This document shows, piece after piece, positions 36,440-50,360 of a stretch of 64,000 nucleotides of DNA. A program made the position numbers and the translations under genes. Origin of the DNA: Hemiscyllium ocellatum (Eukaryota); contig NC_083449.1 in NCBI RefSeq assembly GCF_020745735.1, positions 10,142,923 through 10,206,922 on the forward strand, given 5' to 3'. The notes beneath the pieces were generated by a model. That model worked only from the letters and a program-made list of their open reading frames with translations, ran no database searches and had not been told where the DNA came from. Each line of letters opens with the position of its first letter. Within the stretch, counting starts at the first letter, position 1.

Positions 36440-37560
36440 CGACAGCCACCGGGATCAGTGCTGGGATCCTTGCTATTTGTTAAATACATTAACGACTTGG
36501 ATGTGAATGTAGGACATATAATTAATTACCTGTATATGAGCTTTTCATGCCGAAGTGCAAAAAGTATCAGTGCAGGTGATGGGCCTGATCCTGTGCTGTA
36601 CTGTTCTTTGTTCTGTGATATGAAAATTAGGGTTGTGATTGACAGTAATGGAGGATGGTCTCAGGATACAGTGCAAGTACATTGGGCAGGGCAATGGCAG
36701 ACAGAGTTTAATCCTGGTAAGTATGATGTAATGTATTTTGGGAGGTCTAATACGGGAAAGAATTACACAATGAAGGGCTGGTCCCTAGGGAATACTGAGA
36801 AAGAAGGGGACCATAGTGTACAAGTCTATAGATCCCAGAAGGTGTCAGCACAGGCAGACAGGCTGCTGAAGGAGCCATACTTGAGCTGTACAATATAACA
36901 GCAAGGAAGTCTTCGAACAAGTTTACAAAACATTGGCTCGGCCACAGATAGAATACTGGAATGTGCAGTTTTGGTTACCACCCTATCAGAAGAAGTGATT
37001 GCACTGGACAGAGTGCAGTGGGTTGGAAAGTTTCCATCATGAGGAGAGACTGGATAGGCCAGGTTTAGTTTCATTGGAGAAGAGGAGGTGGAGGGAGGAT
37101 CTGACTGAAGTAAACCAAATTATGAGAGATGCAGACAGAGTAGATTGTGAGAATCTTTCTCCCCATAGCAGATGTGTCTAAGCTGAAAATGTGTTGCTGG
37201 AAAAGCGCAGCAGGTCAGGCAGCATCCAAGGAGCAGGAGAGTCGACGTTTCAGGCATGAGCTCTTCTTCAGGAATCTTCAGATGTGTCTAAGACCAAAGG
37301 TTACAAGTTGAAGGTGCGGAGAATGCAGTTTAGAAGATACCAGAGAAAAATATTTTGATCTAGAGTGTGGACAAAGTTTGGAACGTGCTGCCTGAGAGGG
37401 TGGTGGAACACTCTCGCAACATTTAAGCAGCATCTGGATATGCCTTTAAAAAGCCAGGGTATAGTCAGCTATGGGCCAAGTGCAGGTAGATTGCAGTTCG
37501 GTGTTTGTTGGACATGGTGTGCTGAAGAGCCTGATTCTCTGCGATACGACTCTATATCTC
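36440..37560 (+). mobile_element. CR1 3' fragment (paralog of 3000-4100) with a Penelope insert at 37183-37278
   Basis: GSVLGSLLFVKYINDLD, WQTEFNPGK; the insert has a 14-bp TSD cagatgtgtctaag and is absent at ~3803. Confidence 0.8.
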
Positions 37561-37570
37561 TATAACAATC

Positions 37571-37878
37571 TTAGATTAGTTTAGATTACTTACAGTGTGG
37601 AAACAGGCCCTTCGGCCCTACAAGTCCACACCGATCCACCGAAGCGCAACCTATACCCCCACATTTACCCCTTACCTAACACTACGGGCAATTTAGCATG
37701 GCCAATTCACCTAACCTGCACACCTTTGGACTGTGGGAGGAAACCGGAGCACCCGGAGGAAACGCACACAGACATGGGGAGAATGTGCAAACTCCACACA
37801 GTCAGTTGCCTGAGGCGGGAATTGAACCCGGGTCTCTGGCGCAGTGAGGCAGCAGTGCTAACCACTGTGCCGTCCACC
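37571..37878 (-). mobile_element. Full-length tRNA-derived SINE (HE1-like)
   Basis: A-box ggcacagtggttagc, B-box ggttcaattcc, conserved core, taatctaa tail; absent from the paralogous site near 4108. Confidence 0.9.
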
Positions 37879-37879
37879 A

Positions 37880-38250
37880 ATCCTTGTAAATCTTTTCTGC
37901 ACCATCTCAAGTTTAACAACATCCTTCCTGTAGCAGGTTGATGAGAACTGTACAAACTCCAAAAGTGGCCTCACCAACGTCCTTTACATCCACCACATGA
38001 CATCCCAACTCCTACACTCAATGTTCTGACCAACGAAGGCAAGCTTGCCAAATGCCTCCTTGTGACTCTACTTTCAAGGAAACATGCAGCTGCACCCCTC
38101 GATCTCTGTTCAGCAACACTCACCAAGGCCCCACCACTAAGTGTATGATTCCTGCCCTGGTTTGCGTTATCAAAATGTAAAACCTCACATGTATCTGAAC
38201 TAAACTCCATTTGCCACTCCTCAGCTCATTGTCCCTCCTAGTCAAGGTCA
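37880..38250 (-). mobile_element. CR1 fragment (paralog of 4105-4500)
   Basis: MEFSSDTCEVLHF..NQGRNHTLSGGAL. Confidence 0.75.
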
Positions 38251-39514
38251 TAACCAGTAAGTGTTCTCAGTGCACACTGATATAACTAATTGAACACTGT
38301 TGAAGAAAAGGTAGGTGTTCATTATCCTGCTCACCATCATTGGGATAATTGTGTGGCTCTATCGGGGGAGGAGGAAGGCAGAAGGACTTTGATTTTCTCT
38401 CGTGCAGTGGAGGAAATTGGAACGGTCAAAGTAAATTTATTGAAGAACTCCTGTCGCAAAAAGAAAATTGAGCATCTTTACCTATCTGCCTTATCTCACT
38501 AAATCTTTCCTACTCCACTGTTTCAAAATATGATTGTGATCACATTGAGTATTTGAGAAAATGGCACCAAGTTTTCTTGCAATTTACATCAGACTTCAGA
38601 GGGAGGGTCAAGTGGAACACAGGATTATATGTCGAAAATTTAATTTCGTTTGAAACAACCACATGAGATGTCTTTTTGATGCAGGTAGAGTTAAAAAGAA
38701 AATCTGTTCCTGAAATTTGGAAAAATGGAGAATGATATTGTGATAAAGGTGGGGATGGCAGCTCCTGTGCCACCATGATACATTTATGGAAATGGAATGC
38801 TGTCTGAATGGGAGTAGAATTGTTAGCTGGATGTTTCTGACTGCTGCAGACCACAATGAATTCATGAGAGTGATATTCATTTTGATTGTAATCTTTTTCT
38901 GTTGCCTGCAGTATATATGGAATTCCATAACCGTTAGTCATTGTCTGTAGTTATGATGCTAGCATTTCAGACAAGTTCTGAATGAGTCAGTTGCTGTGTG
39001 TCTGTAGTAATTATTCTCCATTTGTCAGGAACAAAGACATAGATTCCTGGAGAAACTCCGTTCTGAACAACAATCACTGGTCACAAAGCTTTAACTCTGC
39101 TTTCTCTCAACAGATGTTGCCAGATGTGCTGAGTTTTTCCAGCAATTATTACTTTGTTTCTGGTTTCTGTCATTTACAGTTTTATTTGCCAGGCTTTGGC
39201 ACAGAATGTGTTTGGAATTCACATTTTTTAATATGACAGCTGTATTAAAGGATTAATTCTGTCCCGCCCAATCACTAATAAATTCAATAACTGTTTCCAC
39301 CTGTAAATTGGTGACTTTTGTTTAGTTTCCTCGTATGTCTACATTTAACGTGGATGTTATGTATGGTCTTTGAAATTATGTTACAGACTGACTTTTTTCA
39401 CCCATCTTGCTTTTAATTTTAAAAATGCCATTAACTGTAGATTCAATGTCATTCCCAAGTGTGCATTTCAGACAAGAATTCAGAGTGACAGTCTTGGAAA
39501 ATGGTGTCAATGTC

Positions 39515-41665
39515 AATGGGCTTGCACAGTATTATGCAAGAACTTTCAAATGTTCATTGGGGGTGGATATTCGCAGGTAAAGGGACGGCTGGAAAATAAG
39601 TAGCTCTCAAAAATGAGATAACGAGAATCCAGAGAGGGTGAAAGGAAAGCCTGGTAGGTGTAGGCAATGCTGGATGATGAGAGAAGTTGAAGTTTTGATC
39701 AAGAAAATGAAGGCAGCATATGTCAGGTATAGACAGCAAAGATAGAGTGAATCCTTAGGAAAGTATAAAGGCAGTTGGCGTATCTTTAAGAGAGAAATCA
39801 AGAAGGCAAAAAGGGGTCATGAGATATATTTGGCAAATAGGGTTAAGGAGAATCCTAAGGAAGTCTAGAAATACATTAAGGACAAAATGATAACTAGGAT
39901 GAAAATGAGGCCCCTCAAAGTTTTGCAAGGCAGCCTATGTGTGAACCGCAGGAGATGGGAGAGATGAGAAATGACTATCTTGCATCAGTGTCTATTGTGG
40001 AGAAGCACATGGAGAATACAGAATGTGGGGAAATGGATAGTGACATCTTGAGAAATGTCCATATTACTGAGGTGGTGGTGTTAGATGTCTTAAAACGCAA
40101 ACATGGTAACTCCCCAGGACCTGATCAGATGCATTCGAGAACTTGGTGGGAAACTAGGGAAGTGATTGCTGGGCCCCTTGCTGAGATTTTTGTATCATCG
40201 ATAGTCACAGATGGGGTGCTGGAAGACTGGAGGGTGGCTAACATGGTTCCACAATTTAAGAAAGGTGGCAAGGACAAGCCAGGGAACTATAGGCTGGTTA
40301 TCCTGACATTGATGGTGGGCAAGCTGTTGCAGGGAATCCTGAGGGACAGAATTTATATGTATTTGGAAAGGCAAAGACTGATTAGGGACAGGCAACATGG
40401 TTGTGTGTGTGGCAAATCATATCTCACTAATTTGATTGAGTTTTTTGAAGGAGTAACAAAGAGGATTCATGAGGGCAGACTGGTAGACTTGATCTTTATG
40501 GGCTTCAGTAAGACGTCTGACAAAGTTCCTCATGGTAGACTGGTTAGCAAGATTAGATCATATGGAATACAGGAAGAACTAGCCATTTGGAAACAGAACT
40601 GGCTCGAAAAGTAGAAGACAGAGGATGGTGGTGGAGGGTTGCTTTTCAGACCGAAGACCTGTGACCAGTGGTGTGTTACAAGGATCAGTGCTGAGTCCAC
40701 AGCTTTTCATCATTTATGTAAATGATTTGGATGTGAACACAGGAGGTATAGTTAGTAGGTTTGCAGATTGCACCAAAATTGGAGGTGGACAGCAAAGAAG
40801 GTTACTTCAGAGTACAACAGGATCTGGATCAGATGGACCAATGGGCTGAAGACTGGCAGATAGAGTTTAATTCAGATCAATGTGAGGTGCTGCATTTAGG
40901 AAAAGCAAATCAGAGGGAGACTTATACAGTTCATGGTAAGGTTGTGGGGAATGTTGCTGAAGAAATAAACCTTGGAATACAGGTCGATAGTTCCATGAAA
41001 GTGGAGTCGCAGGTAGATAGGATAGTAAAGAAACATTTGGTATGCTTTCCTTTATTGGTCAGAGCATTGAGTGTAGAAGTTGAGAGGTCATGTTGTAGCT
41101 GTACAGATCATTGGTTAGGCCATTTTTGGAATACTGCATACAATTCTGGTCTCCCTCCTATACTGTGATACTGTGAAACTTGAAAGAGTTCAGAAAAGAT
41201 TTACAAAGATCTTGCCAGGGTTGGAGGATTTGAGATATAGGGAGAGGCTGAATAAACAGGCTGTTTCCCAGAAGCATTGGAGGGTGCAGGGTGACCTTAT
41301 AGTGGTTTATAAAACCATGAGGGGCATGGATAGGATTAATAGACAATGTCTTTTCCCTGGGGTGGATAAGTCCAAAACTAGAGGGCATAGGTGTAAGGTG
41401 AAAGGGGAAAGTGGAAAAATTTAAAAGGGGCCTAAGGGGCGACCTCTTCACGTTTAAGGTGGTGTGTGTATGGAATGAGCTGCCAGAGTAAGTATTGAAT
41501 GCTGGGTTAATTACAAAATTTAAAAGGCATCTGGATGGGTATATGAATAGGATGGGTTTACAGGGATATGGGCCAAGTGCTGGCAAATGGGACTAGGATA
41601 TCTGGTTGGCAGAGATAATTCAGACTTAAAGGGTCTGTTTCTGTGTTGTTCATCTCTGTGACTCT
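39515..41665 (+). mobile_element. CR1 LINE ORF2 and 3' end
   Basis: ORF 39937-40614: SPGPDQMH..EDWRVANMVPQFKKGGKDKPGNYR..LTNLIEFF; GVLQGSVL. Confidence 0.9.
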
Positions 41666-41857
41666 ATGGCTGTGAATGTTGAAATCTATGGAATTAGGGT
41701 GATGTGCATGGAGAATGGAGGGAGGTAAAAAATAAATTGTAATTGCTTGGTAATATTTGATTCCTGGTTTGAAAATTCCTCTCTGGAAATTGAGCTCAAT
41801 TCAAACTGCTCTGTGACTACGGAAAGGCTGCCCTTCAGTCAGAGAATGGTAACTTAC

Positions 41858-41939
41858 CTGCTGTTCGTCAGAAGGAACCGATCACACTTGACTCCATACC
41901 GAGATAATATTACATTCTCTTGGTCCTTCAAGTATTTAT
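41858..41939 (-). other. Putative internal exon (82 nt), copy B
   Basis: Acceptor tctcctctctcttccttcag and consensus donor CAG|GTAAGT. Confidence 0.5.
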
Positions 41940-42440
41940 CTGAAGGAAGAGAGAGGAGACATCTCCTATAAGACAACATTACGTGCGTTTGACAGTAGCA
42001 AACTTTTCAATGTAATATTTATTTAATAATCATTAGGCTGTTTTTCTTTCAAGCCAGTAATTCCAACAGAACCTCAGAGCTGATTCTATTCTTGGCTTCA
42101 GCTGCTCTTTGTCTGGTCATTGGAACAAAAAACAAAATCTATACCAAATCGCCTCGACCCAGATCCTAACCAATACCTCTCCAGCGCCACACATGGGACT
42201 ACCTGATGCAAGTGCATGTCTAGATATGAGAGCTTACTTATCTATCTATAACTGTCAGTTCCGGCTGCCTGACCACAAACATGCACACATCAATTTGTAC
42301 CCTTCAATTTCTTCCATGTGATTGTACATATTGATCTTTAATATCAGTTTTAGCTGTATCAATATCGGAGTGCAAATACCATACACTGCTATCAGGTTTT
42401 GCTATTTGACACCTGAGCATCATGATCAATCTATTTCTAT

Positions 42441-42590
42441 TGTTATGAAGTTGAAGGTATGTACTGTACCTTTAAGAGAGAGTGAAAGCTGAAAGCTGGC
42501 AAGCACCTGTCTTGTGACTGACTAGCAGTCACAGAGTGTGGTGGAAAATTGAAAGATTTGGCTGTGACTATCAACGATACAAATATCTCA
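42441..42590 (+). mobile_element. 5' part of an LTR related to 1692-2384
   Basis: tgttatgaag...tgtactgtacctttaa matches the reverse complement of 2352-2384. Confidence 0.5.
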
Positions 42591-42599
42591 ACAAGAGGC

Positions 42600-42860
42600 C
42601 TAGCAATCACTTCGCTTACTTTCCACAGAGTTCTTGGGGTACACCTGATCAGGTCCTGGGGATTTATCCACCTTTAACAGTTTCAAGACATCTAGCACCT
42701 CCTCCTCTGTAATCTGGACATTTTGCAAGATGTCACCATCTATTTCCCTACAGTCTATATCGTCCATATCCTTTTCCACAGTAAATACTGATGCAAAATA
42801 CTTATTTAGTATCACCCCCATTTTCTCCTGCTCCGCACAAAGGCCGCCTTGCTGATCTTT
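42600..42860 (-). mobile_element. CR1 ORF2 fragment
   Basis: LNKYFASVFTVEKD...VDKSPGPDQVYP. Confidence 0.8.
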
Positions 42861-45800
42861 ATTTCCTCCTTGTCAAAGTGAGTGTAATTGTCAATCTGTA
42901 CCTTTCAGACTCTGCCGTGTGAATACATAGATAGAGATAGTTAACAATCTGTAGCTGTCAGTTTCTGCTCGCTGAATAGGTTTGTGTAATTGTCAATCTA
43001 TCCCTGCAAAGAGAATGTGTGAGCTGAGTTTTCATCTGTCACTATCGGTTTCAGTCTTGTAAACGTGAGAGTTCAAGTTATCATCTTTCCCTGTCAGGCT
43101 CTGAAATGCCAATATTTGAGTGTATTTGTTCAACTTTTCCTGTCAGTTTTTGTGACTGTTGTTATCAACATGTAACTCTCAGATTCTGCTGAATGAGGCT
43201 GTAGTTATCTACTTCATTTAATCTGATTTGTTATTGGCACATGCACGAGTTGCAATGAAAAGTATTGATCTGTGTGCTTTACAGGCAGGTCATACTGTAC
43301 AAAGTGCATCAGGGTAATAGAACAGAATCCGGAATACAGTGTTAATGCTGCAGAGAAGGTGCAGTGAGAGAGATTAGCATTAAAATATGACTGGTCCATT
43401 CAAAAGTCTGATGACAGCAGGGAAACTGTTCTTGAATCTGTTTGATGGTGCATTCAAACTTCAGGTGTTTTCTCCCTGACAGAAGACGGTGGAGGAGAGT
43501 ATAACCAGGGTCAGATTGGTCTTTGATTTCCCGAGTCAGGGGGGAGGTGGAAATGAAGTCATTGGATGGATGGTTGGCTTCTGTGATGGACAGAGCCGTG
43601 TTCACACTCTCTGCAGTTTCTTGTGGTCTTGGGCAGCACAGTAGCCATACCACACTGCGATATACCCAGATAGGATGCTTTCTGTGGGACAATTTGGAAG
43701 AGTCTTTATATACATGCTGAATTTCCTTAGCCTGCTGAGGAAATCTGTTTGGTGAACATGTTTAGGTAATTAGGCAAAAGTGAGGACTGCAGATGCTGGA
43801 AACCAGAGTTGATTAAGGGTTTTTGCCAAAAGTGTTGATTTTTCTGCTCCTAAGATGCTGCCTGACCTGCTGTGTTTAGGTAATTGTCAATCTAAGACTG
43901 ACAGTTTCTGATCTGTGAATGTGAAGATTTAATTCTTCACTGTCCCTGTCAGTTTATGCTTTGTGATGATTTAATTAGGTTCCTTCCCCATCAGACTCTG
44001 TAATAAAATTGTGAGTGTATTTATCAATATTTGTCAAAGGGCTTTTGCCCAAAACATCAATTTTCCTGCTGCTTAGACGCTGCCTGACCAGCTGTGCTTT
44101 TCCAGCACCACTCGAATCTAGAAGTTCTTTTGTGAACATATGGATGTGGTTATCAATTTTTTCTGATAGTTTCTGCTCCAAGAATGTGAAAAGTAATTTA
44201 AAACAGAGTGTGGTATCAATCTGTTCCTGGATTAGTGGTGCTGGAAGAGCACAGCAGTTCAGGCAGCATCTGAGGAGCAGTAAAATCGACGTTTCAGGCA
44301 AAAGCTCTTCATCAATTACCTAATCAATCTGTTCCTGTCAGTCTCTGCTTTGTGAATGAGAATGCAGTTTTCAGTCATCTTCTGAAATGTTCTGTCATGT
44401 GCACATGAGTGCGATTGTTCAATCTGTCCCGATTATATTCTGCTCTGTGTATCTCAGGATATAGCTATGAATCAGTATCTGTCAACGTCTAGTTTATCAA
44501 TGTGCAAATGCATTTATCAGATTGTACCTGCCCGTGTTTGTAAAGTACATGTGGGGAGTGGTGTGTGTTTAAGTATCATGCTCTCTCTTTCAGTTTCTGC
44601 AGAGTGAATATGTGAGAGCAGCTATCAATCTACGCCTGTCAGTTCCCGTTGTGTCCACATGAGAGTTCAGGAATTGATCTATCCTCATCAGTTTGTGCTG
44701 TGTGACTGAGTCAAGTGCTCAATCAGTACCAGCCACTTTCAACTCTCATGCATCAAAGTTGCTTAATTCGCTGACAGCCAATAATATTCTAAGAGTCCAA
44801 TGATGACAACGGATCTATTCTTGCTTGCCTTAAAAACCCATCTGGTTCACTAAAGTCCTTTAAGTAAGGAAGCTGCCATCCTTACCTGGTCTAGCCTACA
44901 TGTGTCTCCAGACCCACAGCAATGTGGCTGACACATAACTACCCCCTGGGCAGTTAGGGATGGACAATAAATGCTGGCCTAGCTCGTGATGCCCACATCC
45001 CATGAAGAATTTAGGAAACAGAATTGTCTGTGACTGTGATTGACTCTGTGATAGTTGATTTCGGGTGTTGTGATTGGGCCTGAATCTCTTCTGCATCATG
45101 TCATTTATGACAGAGTCACAGAATTGGTACAGCCATTCAGCCCATTGTGTCCACATTGGGACAGTCTGTTCTTCACCTGTTCTCCATAAGAGTTTCAACT
45201 AACTGTTGGGATTCTGAACTTTATCCACTCACTGCCTGTATCTCTATCTAAATGCAAATTAGAGATTATTTCTGCAGTTACCTGTCTTTGATAACTATCG
45301 TGCCAGTTTTGTTTGTGGGCAACAACATCAGATAGAGTATGTGGATCTCGTTCTATTTCCATGTTCAGTTGTGTTTTTTTGGTCTGAGCGCAGGATAAAC
45401 TCTAACAATATTCACTCACCTTTTGTGATTGAGGGATTAATATTGGTTCAATATTTATCTTTGCCATGTATCTGAATTTTATTGCATTCAGACTGTGTTT
45501 TTTTAAAATATGTTGTGTTTGCAGGAGTCTTTATCAGTAGCAGCTGGATACTGCAAGATGTAACATCAGACACTAACTGAAGTAATTAATGGTTTGGTGA
45601 ATCAATTTATAACTGTCCATATTTGGAAATATCTGGGTCTAAATTTCCTTTTTTCCCTTTCAGCATTAACTGGCTGTGAGTGAGTGAGTTTTCTGTTGTG
45701 CTGCCAATCTGTATCACTTTAAAGGAGTGGCACTGGTCTATATCACACTGACTTTTTGAATGTTGCCTTGTTTCCAGTTCTGCATGTCATGATCTGATAC

Positions 45801-47913
45801 ATTTTATGAGGTGGGTTTAATGCCTTATAAATCAGTGTTTCATATATTAAAAAGTATGGAAATGCTTCTGCATTACTCAGTCCCTCAACCGGAATGAGAG
45901 TGTGGAGAAAGTGTTCATCAGCACCAGGCTCAGTGGGAGAATGGGTTTCATTCACTCTCTGATACTAGATATCAATGAGCTCCTTATACTTGGTTATTGC
46001 GTTTCACAGTGCTTCAGTGTCATCCAAATTGAAACATGTCTTTTAGGAACTGCAAGAGTACTTCATTGTTCAAACTTCTGCTACTTGACATGAAGGAGGT
46101 ACTATCTACTGTCACTGGAGTCAACTCCTGTCAGTGAAAGTGATGTATTTGTATATCTGTTAATCTCTGGCACTGCACATTTAGTTTGATAATGTCCACA
46201 ACCAATGTTCTTTATCTTTAGTGCTGAGAGGATCCATGGACAGGTGAGCATACATTACATTGCAGCAGAAAAGCATCTGTTTTTTCTTCAGAATCAACGG
46301 TAGAAAGCAATGGACTTTTGTAACTCCTATAGTGTAGAGTCTAACCAGGAACAATGGGGATATCAAGGCCTGATTTTCAGGATGCTATTAATTTTTGCAC
46401 ACAGTGACATATTTTAACCCATGAATTAATAATCAGTATTAACCGAACCCACTTGCAACTAAGGGAACACTTCAACTGCATTGCAGCTGACTAACCAGTG
46501 TTCCTTGTACAGGAAAGAGAATTGGCCAATTCTATTTTACTTATGCATGTGGACATGATCTGGTGCAAGCCATTAGCAGACTCTTGTGTTGCTCTATGGT
46601 AGGGAGAGGGAAATGAAAAGGACTTTTATTTTCCACCATTCTGTGAAGAATATTTAAATCGTTCAATAATTTGAATTTAACAATTTAAGTATCAACTCCT
46701 GTTGGAAAAAAAAGTGAGCAGCTTGGCAAACTGACCAATTTTGGCTTTTTCTTTCATTCTGCATTGCTTTAAATTGTAATGATCCAATTCCAATAACTCC
46801 TCCACAAAACTATATCCTGCTTCCTTGCCTTTTTTTTGTACTATAATGAAGGGAATGTCAAGAGGATTGCAGTGCTCTTCATAGAAAATCAAAACGAATT
46901 TTGAAATACATCTAGCATTAAAAAAAATGCTCTTGCTGGACAAAAAAAACTACAAAATAATGAAATGGAGAATCACGTTCTGATACACATGGGGATGACA
47001 ACTTCTCTGCTGCCATGATATTTTTTATGGAAAGGGAATGCTGAAACGGATTAGAATGGTTAGCTCAGTCAACTGTTTTGTTGTTATGGACTGTCTTTGA
47101 TTAGTCACATTTAATAATTTGAAGAGACTTATTCTGTGCTGTGAATTTCTTTGACTTGACATGAGAGTAGAAATCAGTTTTGATATAATGTTTTCTGCTA
47201 GTTGCAGTGTATATGGATTTTCATTACTGTTAGATGTTGGAATGTGTATTTCAGGATGGTGTACAAATTTGCAACTACTTAAATCAATCAGTAGCTGAGA
47301 GAGAGTGGTGTGTGTGTGTATATGCATGCAAGCACAGACATGAAGGGCAGGTTGGAGATGGTGGTTGTCTCTATGTGTATATACATGTAGTCAGCATTCT
47401 CTCTACATCAGGCTTTGGCTCAGAGGTTCATCTGGAATTTACACAGTTTAATTGTTGTACCTTTAGCATAGGACTTCTATTTATCAAAAACAAATTGTCC
47501 TTCTCAGTTACTGATAATGCCAAAATTTCATTCTATATCTGCACTCAATATCTCCTTCAGAAATCCTTGCTGTAACAACGTAACAGCATGATCTGTTTGT
47601 TCACCATGATTGTAACTTTAAAATTGCTTTTACTACATGTGGAGTTAATGTAGTTCCTGAATGTATATGTCACAAGAGGAAACAGTCTATCCCTCTTCTG
47701 ATATTGCAAATGATAATGGACTATGCATAATGGCACTTATCGAAACTGATCTGTTGTGCATTTAGTACAGGGTGAAACCAAAACAATATATTTCATCAGT
47801 TGTATTTGACTCTTGGCTCGAATGTGTACTTCTAGAAAATGGAGCTCAACGTGTGTCTGACTCAATCCACTCAGACAGAGGAAAGGATGTTCTCCAATCC
47901 AACAGTAACATAC

Positions 47914-47983
47914 CTGTTAGTTGTTAGAAGCAGCTGGTCACACTTGTCTTTGTACTGAGGGAACTGGTCCATCAATCATTTGC
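47914..47983 (-). other. Putative exon 2 (70 nt), copy B
   Basis: Acceptor tctctcttgtcttcctccag and donor CAG|GTATGT. Confidence 0.5.
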
Positions 47984-48420
47984 CTGGAGGAAGACAAGAG
48001 AGATATCTCCTGTAAATCACCATCAGCTGAGGGGAAAGACATCAATTGATCAATGCCACATTCAGGTAATGATCATGATAATTCTTCGTTTTTGAACAGG
48101 ACAAGGTGAACAGAGCAAGGCCCGGCTACGCTCTAGCACTGCGCCCCTCCCAGTGTTTTTCTGTTTGCGAAATTCTAAAACAATTTACTATGGTACAAAA
48201 ACTAACCAACATCTGCATAGTTTCATAAGTAGAATGATTACCCAGTTCAATATTCAGCTCCCAATACACTAACTGTAGAAGGGAGAACAACGGGCACTAC
48301 TGTCATATTTAGATAACTCCTGTATTTCCCAACAATTCAATGTCTATTCGCAACAAATAGCGGGAAACAGAAGCCAAACAATAAATTTCCATCCGTATTT
48401 AGGGAATTAAAAACCACAAG

Positions 48421-48829
48421 AATGTCCCACAGCAGCTTCTTCCCGCTCTGCCTCCCTCAGCAGGCCCACACACAGCCCGAGAAAGGCCTCTCTCTTCCCC
48501 CCAGCCCGCTCACTCCAAGTTCCGGGACCAGTTCCTGCTCCGCTCGGCCTCTTACAAACAGCCCCCGGTTCTCCCTGAACTCACCCCGAATCAATCCCGG
48601 TCTCGGAGCCCCCTCTGTGTCCCAGGCTCCCATCCCGATGTGCTGCTGGAAGGAGCCTGCTGTTCCCTCGCTTCCCTGGGCGCTGACCTCTCCATTGCGG
48701 TCTGTTTCAAACAAACCTCTTGCACTCACTGAGTAAATGCTCCTCAATGGCAGCGCGGGGGGAGGGTCTCACGCATGCGCTCCTCTCGTCAGGAACAACT
48801 TTGGGGAAGGCGCAGTATTGCGCATGCGC
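48421..48829 (-). promoter_or_regulatory. NRF1-type promoter and putative first exon, copy B
   Basis: CGCATGCGC (48772-48780), TGCGCATGCGC (48819-48829), donor GGG|GTGAGT at 48585/48584. Confidence 0.6.
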
Positions 48830-48984
48830 TACTTCAGGTTGCCAGAATAATTTTTAAACCTAATAAAATAATCATTGACAATAAACCGACAGTGACAACA
48901 GCAGTGTAGAACCCAGATCCAGTGTGGGGGATTAGGATCATAGCACAAATATTACTTCCAAAAGAAAAGAAAAGGAGAGACTAA

Positions 48985-50360
48985 ATCAGCTTGGATTGTT
49001 TTCTCTGGAGCAGAGATGACTGAAAGGGGGCACATGATTTTCGTGTAAAAGGTTGAGGCGTACGGACAGGGTGAATAAAGAGAAGCTGTTTCCCTTGTTT
49101 GAGCGATCAATCACAAATAGTGGTTGGCTTAGGATTTGGAAAGGATAAGGATTCTCACTATGATGGAGTGTAAGGGGTAAAGATATAGAGGGAATTTCAG
49201 AAAAATCTTTTTCACTCAGCAAGTGGTGGGAATCTGGAAGACACTGCCTGGGAAGGAAGTAGAGGCCAGAACCCTTAACCTTTAATTGTCATAATATTTA
49301 AAGATATGGGACAAGTGCAGGAAATGAGCACCCCTTCAGTGGTAGCTATCGTGGGTGTAGACTCGTTGGCTGAAGGGCTTTTCTGTGCTGTATGAGTATA
49401 TCTGTGTCTAGATTAGAGTGGTGCTGAAAAAGCACAACAGGTCAGGCAGCATCAGAGCAGGAAAATCGATGTTTCGGGCAAAAGCCCTTCATCAGGAATA
49501 TAGTGTCAGCTTTTGCTCTGCGTATCTTAGAGTGTAGTTATTCATCTGTACTTGTCAGCCTCTGGTTTATTACTATGTTATTGCATTTATCAAACACCAC
49601 ATGTCAAGCTTTTGTAATGTATATGTGAGAATCTAGTTATCATACAGGCTTTGATTCAACTGCTCCACTCTGAGCAGATATCCGAAACTGACCAATTCTC
49701 ATTTGGTAGCATTTGGCTCATATCCCTTCATATCCTTCCTGTTCATGCACTTTTAAATGTTGTCATTGTTCCCAATCTTCATCATATCCTCTGGAAGCTC
49801 ATTCCATATGGACATCACCCCTGCATGAAAGGTTGTCCCTTAGGTCATTTTAAATCTTTGCCCTCCCACCTTAAACCTATGCTCTCATGCTCCCCCACTC
49901 GAGGAGAAAGACCTTGGCTTTTCATTCTACCAATGTCCCTAATGATTTTATGAGCAGCTATAAAAATCACCCTCAGCATCCGATCGTCCACAGAAAAAAA
50001 ACGTCCCAGCGTATTCAGCCTCTCCTGATAGTTCAAACCCTCTAGATCTGGTAACATCTCTTTCAATATTGTTTGCACCCTCTTAAGACTAACAACATTT
50101 TTCCAATAGCCGCATGACCAGAACTGTATGCACTCCGCTAAAAGTGCCCTAACCAATGTCCTGTGCAGCCCTAACACGATATCCCAGCTCCTAAATTCGA
50201 TATGCTTACCAAAGAAGGCAAGCATTCCAAACACCTTTTTTCCTCAATCTTTTATACCTGCCACTCCATTTTCAACCAGTTATTCATATGCACCTGTAGG
50301 TCTTATTGTTTGGCAACACACGCCAGGCTCCTACCATTAACAATGTAAGTCTTGCCCTGT
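48985..50360. mobile_element. Cluster of old CR1 3' fragments (+ 48985-49400, - 49660-50360) and a Penelope terminus (49410-49499)
   Basis: FGMLAFF..RTLVRALLAECIQFW; hammerhead-like attcctgatgaagggcttttgcccgaaacatc on the minus strand. Confidence 0.7.

Larger units (their letters stand above)
42230..44740 (+). repeat. Degenerate ~47-49 bp tandem array, copy B (interrupted by LTR, CR1, Penelope and other LINE fragments)
   Basis: Same unit as 14460-16620, collinear in places (e.g. 42870-43000 vs 15400-15530). Confidence 0.75.
32950..48830 (+). repeat. Segmental duplication copy B (direct paralog of ~2675-19005)
   Basis: Collinear unique anchors: 2675/32951, 2900/36385, 4600/38335, 8060/38495, 11020/38727, 14130/41860, 17400/45820, 18600/48425. 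Confidence 0.9.

Noticed and set aside
37800-37878. tRNA gene
   Set aside because: The A/B boxes belong to the tRNA-derived head of a SINE followed by SINE core and tail; no complete cloverleaf.
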